Shown here piece by piece: positions 12,001 to 24,023 of a stretch of 64,000 bases of DNA (position 1 is its first letter; each line of letters begins with the position of its first letter). The position numbers and the translations under genes are program-made. Origin of the DNA: Eledone cirrhosa (lineage: Eukaryota); the NCBI GenBank assembly GCA_964016885.1, contig OZ024743.1:138632001-138696000 (forward strand). The letters are read 5' to 3'. The notes beneath the pieces were generated by a model. That model saw only the letters and a program-made list of their open reading frames with translations, was not told the DNA's origin and searched no databases.

Positions 12001-14022
12001 TTGGTGCTGGGTGCTTTTTTGTGTTTGGTGCTTGGTGCTTGGTGTTTGGTGTTTGCTGCTTGGTGTTTGATGCTTGGTGCTTGGTGCTTGGTGTTTTGTG
12101 TTTGGTGCTTGGTTCTTGGTGTATGGTGCTTGGTGCTTGGTACTTGGTGTTTGTACTTGGTGCTTGGTGCTTGGTGTTTGGTTCTTGGTTCTTGGTGTTT
12201 GGTACTTGGTGCTTCGTGCTTGATGTTTGGTGTTTGGTGCTTGGTGTTTGGTGCTTGGTGCTTGGTGCTTGGTGTTAGGTGTTTGGTGCTTGGTCTTTGG
12301 TGTTTGGTGCTTGGTGTTTGGTGTTTGCTATTTGGTGTTTGGTGTTTGGTGTTTGGTGTTTGCTGTTTGGTGTCTGCTTTTTGGTGTTCAGTGTTTGCTG
12401 TATGGTGTTTGGTGTTTGCTGTTTGGTGTTTGGTCTTTGGTGCTTGGTGTTTGGTGCTTGGTGCTTGGTGTTTGGTGTTTGGTGCTTGGTGCTTGGTGTT
12501 TGGTGTTTGGTGCTTGGTGTTTGGTGTTTGGTGCTTGGTGTCTGGTGCTTGGTGTTTGGTTTTTGGTGCTTGGTGTTTGGTGTTTGGTGTTTGGTGTTTG
12601 GTGCTTGGTGCTTGGTGTTTGGTGTTTGGTGCTTGGTGTCTGGTGCTTGGTGCTTGGTGCTTGGTGCTTGGTGTTTGGTGTTTGGTGCTTGGTGTTTGGT
12701 GCTTGGTGCTGGGTGGTTGGTGTTTGGTGCTTGGTGTTTGGTGCTGGGTGCTTGGTGTTTGGTGCTGGGTGCTTGGTGTTTGGTGCTTGGTGCTTGGTCT
12801 TTGGTGCTTGGTGTTTGGTGCTTGGTGCTTGGTGCTTGGTGTTTGGTGCTTGGTGCTTGGTGTTTGGTGCTTGGTGCTTGGTGTTTGGTTTTTGGTGCTT
12901 GGTGCTTGGTGTTTGGTGTTTGGTGCTTGCTGCTGGCTGCTTGGTGTTTGATGCATGGTGATTGGTGCTTGGTGTTTGGTGCTTGGTGTTTGGTGTTTGA
13001 TGCTTGGTGCTTGGTGCTTGGTGTTTGGTGCTTGGTGCTTGGTGTTTGGTGCTTGGTGCTTGGTGTTTGGTGCTTGGTGTTTGGTGCTTGGTGTTTGGTG
13101 CTTGGTGCTTGGTGCTTGGTGCTTGGTGTTTGGTGGTTGGTGCTTGGTGCTTGGTGTTAGGTGTTTGGTGCTTGGTGCTTGGTGTTTGGTGTTTGGTGCT
13201 TGGTGTTTGGTGTTTGGTGCTTGGTGTTTGGTGCTTCGTACTTGGTGCTTGGTGCTTGGTGTTAGGTGTTTGGTGCTTGGTGTCTGGTTTTTGGTGCTTG
13301 GTGCTTGGTGATTGGTGTTTGGTGCTTGCTGCTGGCTGCTTGGTGTTTGGTGCTTGGTGATTGGTGCTTGGTGTTTGGTGCTTGGTGATTGGTGTTTGTA
13401 CTTGGTGCTTGGTGCTTGGTTCTTGGTGTTTGGTGCTTGGTGCTTGGTGTTTGGTGTTATATGCTTGGTGTTTGATGCTTGGTGCTTGGTGCTTGGTGTT
13501 TGGTGTTTGGTGTTTGATGCTTGGTGCTTGGTGTTTGGTGCTTGGTGCTTGGTGTTTGTACTTGGTGCTTGGTGCTTGGTGCTTGGTGTTTGGTGCTTGG
13601 TGCTTGGTGCTTGGTCCTTGGTGCTTGGTGTTTGGTGGTTGGTGTTTGGTGCTTGGTGTTAGGTGTTTGGTGCTTGGTGCTTGGTGTTTGGTGTTTGGTG
13701 CTTGGTGTTTGGTGTTTGGTGCTTGGTATTTGGTGCTTGGTACTTGGTGCTTGGTGCTTGCTGCTGGCTGCTTGGTGTTTGATGCATGGTGATTGGTGCT
13801 TGGTGTTTGGTGCTTGGTGTTTGGTGCTTGGTGCTTGGTGCTTGGTGCTTGGTGTTTGGTGCTTGGTGTTTGGTGCTTGGTGTTAGGTGTTTGGTGCTTG
13901 GTGCTTGGTGTTTGGTGTTTGGTGCTTGGTGTTTGGTGTTTGGTGCTTGGTGTTTGGTGCTTTTTGCTTGGTGCTTGGTGCTTGGTGTTTGGTGCTGGGT
14001 GCTTGGTGCTTGGTGTTTGGTG
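1..14022. repeat. Near-identical tandem duplication, period 7065 bp (1-6957 matches 7066-14022)
   Basis: ORF-track pairs are offset by exactly 7065 (261/7326, 2891/9956, 4026/11091, 6456/13521). Rare markers are shared (CCTAGG 4578/11643; extra T-run ~4950/~12015). Differences seen: 177 T vs 7242 G and 2830 T vs 9895 A. Confidence 0.96.
520..3500. repeat. Diverged ~0.87-0.91 kb sub-repeats inside the 7065-bp unit (repeated again at ~7585-10565)
   Basis: ORF-track offsets 678/1587/2482 (909, 895) and 1108/1982, 1331/2205, 1429/2303 (874). The landmark order TTATATG...GGTGGTT...GGTACTT...GTCTGGTTTTT...CTAGG...GTACTT recurs. Confidence 0.85.
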
Positions 14023-17000
14023 TTATATGCTTGGTGTTTGATGCTTGGTGCTTGGTGCTTGGTGTTTGGTGCTTGGTGCTTGGTGTTTGGTGCTTGGTGT
14101 TTGGTGCTTGGTGTTTGGTGCTTGGTGCTTGGTGCTTGGTGCTTGGTGTTTGGTGGTTGGTGCTTGGTGCTTGGTGTTAGGTGTTTGGTGCTTGGTGCTT
14201 GGTGTCTGGTTTTTGGTGCTTGGTGCTTGGTGTTTGGTGCTTGTTGCTGGCTGCTTGGTGTTTGGTGCTTGGTGATTGGTGCTTGGTGTTTGGTGCTTGG
14301 TGTTTGGTGTTTGGTGCTTGGTGTTTGTACTTGGTGTTTGGTGCTTGGTGTTTGGTGCTAGGTGCTTGGTGTTTGGTGCTTGGTGCTTGGTGTTTGGTGC
14401 CTGGTGCTTGGTGTTTGGTGTTTGGTGTTTGGTGCTTGGTGCTTGGTGTTTGGTGTTTGCTGTTTGCTGTTTGGTGTTTGTTGTTTGGTGTTTGTTGTTT
14501 GGTGTTTGCTGTTTGGTGTTTGGTGTTTGCTTTTTGGTGTTTGGTGTTTGATGTATGTTGTTTGCTGTTTGGTGTTTGGTGTTTGGTGTTTGGTGCTTGG
14601 TGCTTGGTGTTTGGTGCTTGGTGCTTGGTGTTTGGTGCCTGGTGCTTGGTGTTTGGTGTTTGGTGCTTGGTGCTTGGAGTTTGGTGTTTGGTGCTTGGTG
14701 CTTGGTGTTTCGTGTTTCGTGTTTGGTGCTTGGTGCTTGGTGCTTGGTCCTTGGTGTTTGGTGCTGGGTGCATTGTGTTTGGTGCTTGGTGCTTGGTGCT
14801 TGGTGCTTGGTGTTTGGTGTTTGCTGCTTGGTGTTTGATGCTTGGTGCTTGGTGCTTGGTGTTTTGTGTTTGGTGCTTGGTGGTTGGTGCTTGGTGTTTG
14901 GTGCTTGGTGCTTGGTGCTTGGTGTTTTGTGTTTGGTGCTTGGTGCTTGGTGTTCGGTGCTTGGTGCTGGGTGGTTGGTGTTTGGTGCTTGGTGTTTGGT
15001 GCTGGGTGCTTGGTGTTTGGTGCTGGGTGCTTGGTGTTTGGTGCTTGGTGCTTGGTGCTTGGTGTTTGGTGCTGGGTGCTTGGTGTTTGGTGCTGGGTGC
15101 TTGGTGTTTGGTGCTTGGTGCTTGGTGTTTGGTGCTTGGTGCTGGGTGGTTGGTGTTTGGTGCTTGGTGTTTGGTGCTGGGTGCTTGGTGTTTGGTGCTG
15201 GGTGCTTGGTGTTTGGTGCTTGGTGCTTGGTCTTTGGTGCTTGGTGTTTGGTGCTTGGTGCTTGGTGCTTGGTGTTTGGTGCTTGGTGCTTGGTGTTTGG
15301 TGCTTGGTGCTTGGTGTTTGGTTTTTGGTGCTTGGTGCTTGGTGTTTGGTGTTTGGTGCTTGCTGCTGGCTGCTTGGTGTTTGATGCATGGTGATTGGTG
15401 CTTGGTGTTTGGTGCTTGGTGTTTGGTGTTTGATGCTTGGTGCTTGGTGCTTGGTGTTTGGTGCTTGGTGCTTGGTGTTTGGTGCTTGGTGCTTGGTGTT
15501 TGGTTTTTGGTGCTTGGTGCTTGGTGTTTGGTGTTTGGTGCTTGCTACTGGCTGCTTGGTGTTTGATGCATGGTGATTGGTGCTTGGTGTTTGGTGCTTG
15601 GTGTTTGGTGTTTGATGCTTGGTGCTTGGTGCTTGGTGCTTGGTGCTTGGTCCTTGGTGCTTGGTGTTTGGTGGTTGGTGTTTGGTGCTTGGTGCTTGGT
15701 GTTTGGTGCTTGGTGCTTGGTGTTTGGTGCTTGGTGTTTGGTGCTTGGTGTCTGGTGCTTGGTGCTTGGTGCTTGGTGCTTGGTGTTTGGTGGTTGGTGC
15801 TTGGTGTTAGGTGTTTGGTGCTTGGTGCTTGGTGTTTGGTGTTTGGTGCTTGGTGTTTGGTGTTTGGTGCTTGGTGTTTGGTGCTTGGTACTTGGTGCTT
15901 GGTGCTTGGTGTTAGGTGTTTGGTGCTTGGTGCTTGGTGTCTGGTTTTTGGTGCTTGGTGCTTGGTGTTTGGTGTTTGGTGCTTGCTGCTGGCTGCTTGG
16001 TCTTTGGTGCTTGGTGATTGGTGCTTGGTGTTTGGTGCTTGGTGTTTGGTGTTTGGTGCTTGGTGATTGGTGTTTGTACTTGGTGCTTGGTGCTTGGTTC
16101 TTGGTGTTTGGTGCTTGGTGCTTGGTGTTTGGTGTTATATGCTTGGTGTTTGATGCTTGGTGCTTGGTGCTTGGTGTATGGTGTTTGGTGTTTGATGCTT
16201 GGTGCTTGGTGTTTGGTGCTTGGTGCTTGGTGTTTGTACTTGGTGCTTGGTGCTTGGTGCTTGGTGTTTGGTGCTTGGTGCTTGGTGCTTGGTCCTTGGT
16301 GCTTGGTGTTTGGTGGTTGGTGTTTGGTGCTTGGTGTTAGGTGTTTGGTGCTTGGTGCTTGGTGTTTGGTGTTTGGTGCTTGGTGTTTGGTGTTTGGTGC
16401 TTGGTATTTGGTGCTTGGTACTTGGTGCTTGGTGCTTGGTGTTAGGTGTTTGGTGCTTGGTGTTTGGTGCTTGGTGTTTGGTGCTTGGTGTTTGGTGCTT
16501 GGTGTTTGGTGCTTGGTGTTAGGTGTTTGGTGCTTGGTGCTTGGTGTTTGGTGTTTGGTGCTTGGTGTTTGGTGTTTGGTGCTTGGTGTTTGGTGCTTTT
16601 TGCTTGGTGCTTGGTGCTTGGTGTTTGGTGCTGGGTGCTTGGTGCTTGGTGTTTGGTGTTATATGCTTGGTGTTTGATGCTTGGTGCTTGGTGCTTGGTG
16701 TTTGGTGTTTGGTGCTTGGTGTTTGATGCTTGGTGCTTGGTGCTTGGTGTTTGGTGCTTGGTGCTTGGTGTTTGGTGCTTGGTGCTTGGTGTTTGGTGCT
16801 TGGTGTTTGGTGCTTGGTGTTTGGTGCTTGGTGCTTGGTGCTTGGTGCTTGGTGTTTGGTGTTTGGTGCTTGGTGCTTGGTGTTAGGTGTTTGGTGCTTG
16901 GTGCTTGGTGTCTGGTTTTTGGTGCTTGGTGCTTGGTGTTTGGTGCTTGTTGCTGGCTGCTTGGTGTTTGGTGCTTGGTGATTGGTGCTTGGTGTTTGGT

Positions 17001-17284
17001 GCTTGGTGTTTGGTGTTTGGTGCTTGGTGTTTGTACTTGGTGTTTGGTGCTTGGTGTTTGGTGCTAGGTGCTTGGTGTTTGGTGCTTGGTGCTTGGAGTT
17101 TGGTGCCTGGTGCGTGGTGTTTGGTGTTTGGTGTTTGGTGCTTGGTGCTTGGTGTTTGGTGTTTGCTGTTTGCTGTTTGGTGTTTGTTGTTTGGTGTTTG
17201 TTGTTTGGTGTTTGCTGTTTGGTGTTTGGTGTTTGCTTTTTGGTGTTTGGTGTTTGATGTATGTTGTTTGCTGTTTGGTGTTTG

Positions 17285-17680
17285 GTGTTTGGTGCTTGGT
17301 GCTTGGTGTTTGGTGCTTGGTGCTTGGTGTTTGGTGCCTGGTGCTTGGTGTTTGGTGTTTGGTGCTTGGTGCTTGGAGTTTGGTGTTTGGTGCTTGGTGC
17401 TTGGTGTTTCGTGTTTCGTGTTTGGTGCTTGGTGCTTGGTGCTTGGTCCTTGGTGTTTGGTGCTGGGTGCATTGTGTTTGGTGCTTGGTGCTTGGTGCTT
17501 GGTGCTTGGTGTTTGGTGCTTGGTGCTTGGTGTTTGGTGCCTGGTGCTTGGTGTTTGGTGTTTGGTGCTTGGTGCTTGGAGTTTGGTGTTTGGTGCTTGG
17601 TGCTTGGTGTTTCGTGTTTCGTGTTTGGTGCTTGGTGCTTGGTGCTTGGTCCTTGGTGTTTGGTGCTGGGTGCATTGTGC
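17285..17680. repeat. Local 203-bp (29-monomer) tandem duplication, inherited by the copy at ~24420-24817
   Basis: The block GGTGCCT...GGAGTTT...CGTGTTTCGTG...GGTCCTT...GGTGCATTGTG occurs twice; the marker A lies at 17471/17674 and at 24608/24811. Confidence 0.88.
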
Positions 17681-18165
17681 TTGGTGTTTTGTGTTTGGTG
17701 CTTGGTGGTTGGTGCTTGGTGTTTGGTGCTTGGTGCTTGGTGCTTGGTGTTTTGTGTTTGGTGCTTGGTGCTTGGTGTTTGGTGCTTGGTGCTGGGTGGT
17801 TGGTGTTTGGTGCTTGGTGTTTGGTGCTGGGTGCTTGGTGTTTCGTGCTGGGTGCTTGGTGTTTGGTGCTTGGTGCTTGGTGTTTGGTGCTTGGTGCTGG
17901 GTGGTTGGTGTTTGGTGCTTGGTGTTTGGTGCTGGGTGCTTGGTGTTTGGTGCTGGGTGCTTGGTGTTTGGTGCTTGGTGTTTGGTCTTTGGTGCTTGGT
18001 GTTTGGTGCTTGGTGCTTGGTGCTTGGTGTTTGGTGCTTGGTGCTTGGTGTTTGGTGCTTGGTGCTTGGTGCTTGGTGTTTGGTTTTTGGTGCTTGGTGC
18101 TTGGTGTTTGGTGTTTGGTGCTTGCTGCTGGCTGCTTGGTGTTTGATGCATGGTGATTGGTGCTT

Positions 18166-21100
18166 GGTGTTTGGTGCTTGGTGTTTGGTGTTTGATGCTT
18201 GGTGCTTGGTGCTTGGTGTTTGGTGCTTGGTGCTTGGTGTTTGGTGCTTGGTGCTTGGTGTTTCGTGCTTGGTGTTTGGTGCTTGGTGTTTGGTGCTTGG
18301 TGCTTGGTGCTTGGTGCTTGGTGTTTGGTGGTTGGTGCTTGGTGCTTGGTGTTAGGTGTTTGGTGCTTGGTGCTTGGTGTTTGGTGTTTGGTGCTTGGTG
18401 TTTGGTGTTTGGTGCTTGGTGTTTGGTGCTTGGTACTTGGTGCTTGGTGCTTGGTGTTAGGTGTTTGGTGCTTGGTGCTTGGTGTCTGGTTTTTGGTGCT
18501 TGGTGCTTGGTGTTTGGTGTTTGGTGCTTGCTGCTGGCTGCTTGGTGTTTGGTGCTTGGTGATTGGTGCTTGGTGTTTGGTGTTTGGTGGTTGGTGATTG
18601 GTGTTTGTACTTGGTGCTTGGTGCTTGGTTCTTGGTGTTTGGTGCTTGGTGCTTGGTGTTTGGTGTTATATGCTTGGTGTTTGATGCTTGGTGCTTGGTG
18701 CTTGGTGTTTGGTGTTTGGTGTTTGATGCTTGGTGCTTGGTGTTTGGTGCTTGGTGCTTGGTGTTTGTACTTGGTGCTTGGTGCTTGGTGCTTGGTGTTT
18801 GGTGCTTGGTGCTTGGTGCTTGGTGCTTGGTCCTTGGTGCTTGGTGTTTGGTGGTTGGTGTTTGGTGCTTGGTGTTAGGTGTTTGGTGCTTGGTGCTTGG
18901 TGTTTGGTGTTTGGTGCTTGGTGCTTGGTGTTTGGTGCTTGGTGTTTGGTGCTTGGTACTTGGTGCTTGGTGCTTGGTGTTAGGTGTTTGGTGCTTGGTG
19001 TTTGGTGCTTGGTGTTTGGTGCTTGGTGTTTGGTGTTTGATGCTTGGTGCTTGGTGCTTGGTGTTTGGTGCTTGGTGCTTGGTGTTTGGTGCTTGGTGCT
19101 TGGTGTTTGGTTTTTGGTGCTTGGTGCTTGGTGTTTGGTGTTTGGTGCTTGCTGCTGGCTGCTTGGTGTTTGATGCATGGTGATTGGTGCTTGGTGTTTG
19201 GTGCTTGGTGTTTGGTGTTTGATGCTTGGTGCTTGGTGCTTGGTGTTTGGTGCTTGGTGCTTGGTGCTTGGTGTTTGGTGCTGGGTGCTTGGTGTTTGGT
19301 GCTGGGTGCTTGGTGTTTGGTGCTTGGTGCTTGGTGTTTGGTGCTTGGTGCTGGGTGGTTGGTGTTTGGTGCTTGGTGTTTGGTGCTGGGTGCTTGGTGT
19401 TTGGTGCTGGGTGCTTGGTGTTTGGTGCTTGGTGCTTGGTCTTTGGTGCTTGGTGTTTGGTGCTTGGTGCTTGGTGCTTGGTGTTTGGTGCTTGGTGCTT
19501 GGTGTTTGGTGCTTGGTGCTTGGTGTTTGGTTTTTGGTGCTTGGTGCTTGGTGTTTGGTGTTTGGTGCTTGCTGCTGGCTGCTTGGTGTTTGATGCATGG
19601 TGATTGGTGCTTGGTGTTTGGTGCTTGGTGTTTGGTGTTTGATGCTTGGTGCTTGGTGCTTGGTGTTTGGTGCTTGGTGCTTGGTGTTTGGTGCTTGGTG
19701 CTTGGTGTTTGGTTTTTGGTGCTTGGTGCTTGGTGTTTGGTGTTTGGTGCTTGCTACTGGCTGCTTGGTGTTTGATGCATGGTGATTGGTGCTTGGTGTT
19801 TGGTGCTTGGTGTTTGGTGTTTGATGCTTGGTGCTTGGTGCTTGGTGCTTGGTGCTTGGTCCTTGGTGCTTGGTGTTTGGTGGTTGGTGTTTGGTGCTTG
19901 GTGCTTGGTGTTTGGTGCTTGGTGCTTGGTGTTTGGTGCTTGGTGTTTGGTGCTTGGTGTCTGGTGCTTGGTGCTTGGTGCTTGGTGCTTGGTGTTTGGT
20001 GGTTGGTGCTTGGTGTTAGGTGTTTGGTGCTTGGTGCTTGGTGTTTGGTGTTTGGTGCTTGGTGTTTGGTGTTTGGTGCTTGGTGTTTGGTGCTTGGTAC
20101 TTGGTGCTTGGTGCTTGGTGTTAGGTGTTTGGTGCTTGGTGCTTGGTGTCTGGTTTTTGGTGCTTGGTGCTTGGTGTTTGGTGTTTGGTGCTTGCTGCTG
20201 GCTGCTTGGTCTTTGGTGCTTGGTGATTGGTGCTTGGTGTTTGGTGCTTGGTGTTTGGTGTTTGGTGCTTGGTGATTGGTGTTTGTACTTGGTGCTTGGT
20301 GCTTGGTTCTTGGTGTTTGGTGCTTGGTGCTTGGTGTTTGGTGTTATATGCTTGGTGTTTGATGCTTGGTGCTTGGTGCTTGGTGTATGGTGTTTGGTGT
20401 TTGATGCTTGGTGCTTGGTGTTTGGTGCTTGGTGCTTGGTGTTTGTACTTGGTGCTTGGTGCTTGGTGCTTGGTGTTTGGTGCTTGGTGCTTGGTGCTTG
20501 GTCCTTGGTGCTTGGTGTTTGGTGGTTGGTGTTTGGTGCTTGGTGTTAGGTGTTTGGTGCTTGGTGCTTGGTGTTTGGTGTTTGGTGCTTGGTGTTTGGT
20601 GTTTGGTGCTTGGTATTTGGTGCTTGGTACTTGGTGCTTGGTGCTTGGTGTTAGGTGTTTGGTGCTTGGTGTTTGGTGCTTGGTGTTTGGTGCTTGGTGT
20701 TTGGTGCTTGGTGTTTGGTGCTTGGTGTTAGGTGTTTGGTGCTTGGTGCTTGGTGTTTGGTGTTAGGTGCTTGGTGTTTGGTGTTTGGTGCTTGGTGTTT
20801 GGTGCTTTTTGCTTGGTGCTTGGTGCTTGGTGTTTGGTGCTGGGTGCTTGGTGCTTGGTGTTTGGTGTTATATGCTTGGAGTTTGATGCTTGGTGCTTGG
20901 TGCTTGGTGTTTGGTGTTTGGTGCTTGGTGTTTGATGCTTGGTGCTTGGTGCTTGGTGTTTGGTGCTTGGTGCTTGGTGTTTGGTGCTTGGTGCTTGGTG
21001 TTTGGTGCTTGGTGTTTGGTGCTTGGTGTTTGGTGCTTGGTGCTTGGTGCTTGGTGCTTGGTGTTTGGTGTTTGGTGCTTGGTGCTTGGTGTTAGGTGTT

Positions 21101-24023
21101 TGGTGCTTGGTGTTTGGTGTTTGATGCTTGGTGCTTGGTGCTTGGTGTTTGGTGCTTGGTGCTTGGTGTTTGGTGCTTGGTGCTTGGTGTTTCGTGCTTG
21201 GTGTTTGGTGCTTGGTGTTTGGTGCTTGGTGCTTGGTGCTTGGTGCTTGGTGTTTGGTGGTTGGTGCTTGGTGCTTGGTGTTAGGTGTTTGGTGCTTGGT
21301 GCTTGGTGTTTGGTGTTTGGTGCTTGGTGTTTGGTGTTTGGTGCTTGGTGTTTGGTGCTTGGTACTTGGTGCTTGGTGCTTGGTGTTAGGTGTTTGGTGC
21401 TTGGTGCTTGGTGTCTGGTTTTTGGTGCTTGGTGCTTGGTGTTTGGTGTTTGGTGCTTGCTGCTGGCTGCTTGGTGTTTGGTGCTTGGTGATTGGTGCTT
21501 GGTGTTTGGTGTTTGGTGGTTGGTGATTGGTGTTTGTACTTGGTGCTTGGTGCTTGGTTCTTGGTGTTTGGTGCTTGGTGCTTGGTGTTTGGTGTTATAT
21601 GCTTGGTGTTTGATGCTTGGTGCTTGGTGCTTGGTGTTTGGTGTTTGGTGTTTGATGCTTGGTGCTTGGTGTTTGGTGCTTGGTGCTTGGTGTTTGTACT
21701 TGGTGCTTGGTGCTTGGTGCTTGGTGTTTGGTGCTTGGTGCTTGGTGCTTGGTGCTTGGTCCTTGGTGCTTGGTGTTTGGTGGTTGGTGTTTGGTGCTTG
21801 GTGTTAGGTGTTTGGTGCTTGGTGCTTGGTGTTTGGTGTTTGGTGCTTGGTGCTTGGTGTTTGGTGCTTGGTGTTTGGTGCTTGGTACTTGGTGCTTGGT
21901 GCTTGGTGTTAGGTGTTTGGTGCTTGGTGTTTGGTGCTTGGTGTTTGGTGCTTGGTGTTTGGTGTTTGATGCTTGGTGCTTGGTGCTTGGTGTTTGGTGC
22001 TTGGTGCTTGGTGTTTGGTGCTTGGTGCTTGGTGTTTGGTTTTTGGTGCTTGGTGCTTGGTGTTTGGTGTTTGGTGCTTGCTGCTGGCTGCTTGGTGTTT
22101 GATGCATGGTGATTGGTGCTTGGTGTTTGGTGCTTGGTGTTTGGTGTTTGATGCTTGGTGCTTGGTGCTTGGTGTTTGGTGCTTGGTGCTTGGTGCTTGG
22201 TGTTTGGTGCTGGGTGCTTGGTGTTTGGTGCTGGGTGCTTGGTGTTTGGTGCTTGGTGCTTGGTGTTTGGTGCTTGGTGCTGGGTGGTTGGTGTTTGGTG
22301 CTTGGTGTTTGGTGCTGGGTGCTTGGTGTTTGGTGCTGGGTGCTTGGTGTTTGGTGCTTGGTGCTTGGTCTTTGGTGCTTGGTGTTTGGTGCTTGGTGCT
22401 TGGTGCTTGGTGTTTGGTGCTTGGTGCTTGGTGTTTGGTGCTTGGTGCTTGGTGTTTGGTTTTTGGTGCTTGGTGCTTGGTGTTTGGTGTTTGGTGCTTG
22501 CTGCTGGCTGCTTGGTGTTTGATGCATGGTGATTGGTGCTTGGTGTTTGGTGCTTGGTGTTTGGTGTTTGATGCTTGGTGCTTGGTGCTTGGTGTTTGGT
22601 GCTTGGTGCTTGGTGTTTGGTGCTTGGTGCTTGGTGTTTGGTTTTTGGTGCTTGGTGCTTGGTGTTTGGTGTTTGGTGCTTGCTACTGGCTGCTTGGTGT
22701 TTGATGCATGGTGATTGGTGCTTGGTGTTTGGTGCTTGGTGTTTGGTGTTTGATGCTTGGTGCTTGGTGCTTGGTGCTTGGTGCTTGGTCCTTGGTGCTT
22801 GGTGTTTGGTGGTTGGTGTTTGGTGCTTGGTGCTTGGTGTTTGGTGCTTGGTGCTTGGTGTTTGGTGCTTGGTGTTTGGTGCTTGGTGTCTGGTGCTTGG
22901 TGCTTGGTGCTTGGTGCTTGGTGTTTGGTGGTTGGTGCTTGGTGTTAGGTGTTTGGTGCTTGGTGCTTGGTGTTTGGTGTTTGGTGCTTGGTGTTTGGTG
23001 TTTGGTGCTTGGTGTTTGGTGCTTGGTACTTGGTGCTTGGTGCTTGGTGTTAGGTGTTTGGTGCTTGGTGCTTGGTGTCTGGTTTTTGGTGCTTGGTGCT
23101 TGGTGTTTGGTGTTTGGTGCTTGCTGCTGGCTGCTTGGTCTTTGGTGCTTGGTGATTGGTGCTTGGTGTTTGGTGCTTGGTGTTTGGTGTGTGGTGCTTG
23201 GTGATTGGTGTTTGTACTTGGTGCTTGGTGCTTGGTTCTTGGTGTTTGGTGCTTGGTGCTTGGTGTTTGGTGTTATATGCTTGGTGTTTGATGCTTGGTG
23301 CTTGGTGCTTGGTGTATGGTGTTTGGTGTTTGATGCTTGGTGCTTGGTGTTTGGTGCTTGGTGCTTGGTGTTTGTACTTGGTGCTTGGTGCTTGGTGCTT
23401 GGTGTTTGGTGCTTGGTGCTTGGTGCTTGGTCCTTGGTGCTTGGTGTTTGGTGGTTGGTGTTTGGTGCTTGGTGTTAGGTGTTTGGTGCTTGGTGCTTGG
23501 TGTTTGGTGTTTGGTGCTTGGTGTTTGGTGTTTGGTGCTTGGTATTTGGTGCTTGGTACTTGGTGCTTGGTGCTTGGTGTTAGGTGTTTGGTGCTTGGTG
23601 TTTGGTGCTTGGTGTTTGGTGCTTGGTGTTTGGTGCTTGGTGTTTGGTGCTTGGTGTTAGGTGTTTGGTGCTTGGTGCTTGGTGTTTGGTGTTAGGTGCT
23701 TGGTGTTTGGTGTTTGGTGCTTGGTGTTTGGTGCTTTTTGCTTGGTGCTTGGTGCTTGGTGTTTGGTGCTGGGTGCTTGGTGCTTGGTGTTTGGTGTTAT
23801 ATGCTTGGAGTTTGATGCTTGGTGCTTGGTGCTTGGTGTTTGGTGTTTGGTGCTTGGTGTTTGATGCTTGGTGCTTGGTGCTTGGTGTTTGGTGCTTGGT
23901 GCTTGGTGTTTGGTGCTTGGTGCTTGGTGTTTGGTGCTTGGTGTTTGGTGCTTGGTGTTTGGTGCTTGGTGCTTGGTGCTTGGTGCTTGGTGTTTGGTGT
24001 TTGGTGCTTGGTGCTTGGTGTTA
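18166..24023. repeat. Near-identical tandem duplication, period 2929 bp (18166-21094 and 21095-24023)
   Basis: ORF pairs are offset by 2929 (18199/21128, 18666/21595, 19646/22575, 20732/23661). One difference seen: 20262 T vs 23191 G. The length equals 419 monomers minus four 1-bp-short GTACTT units. Confidence 0.95.
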
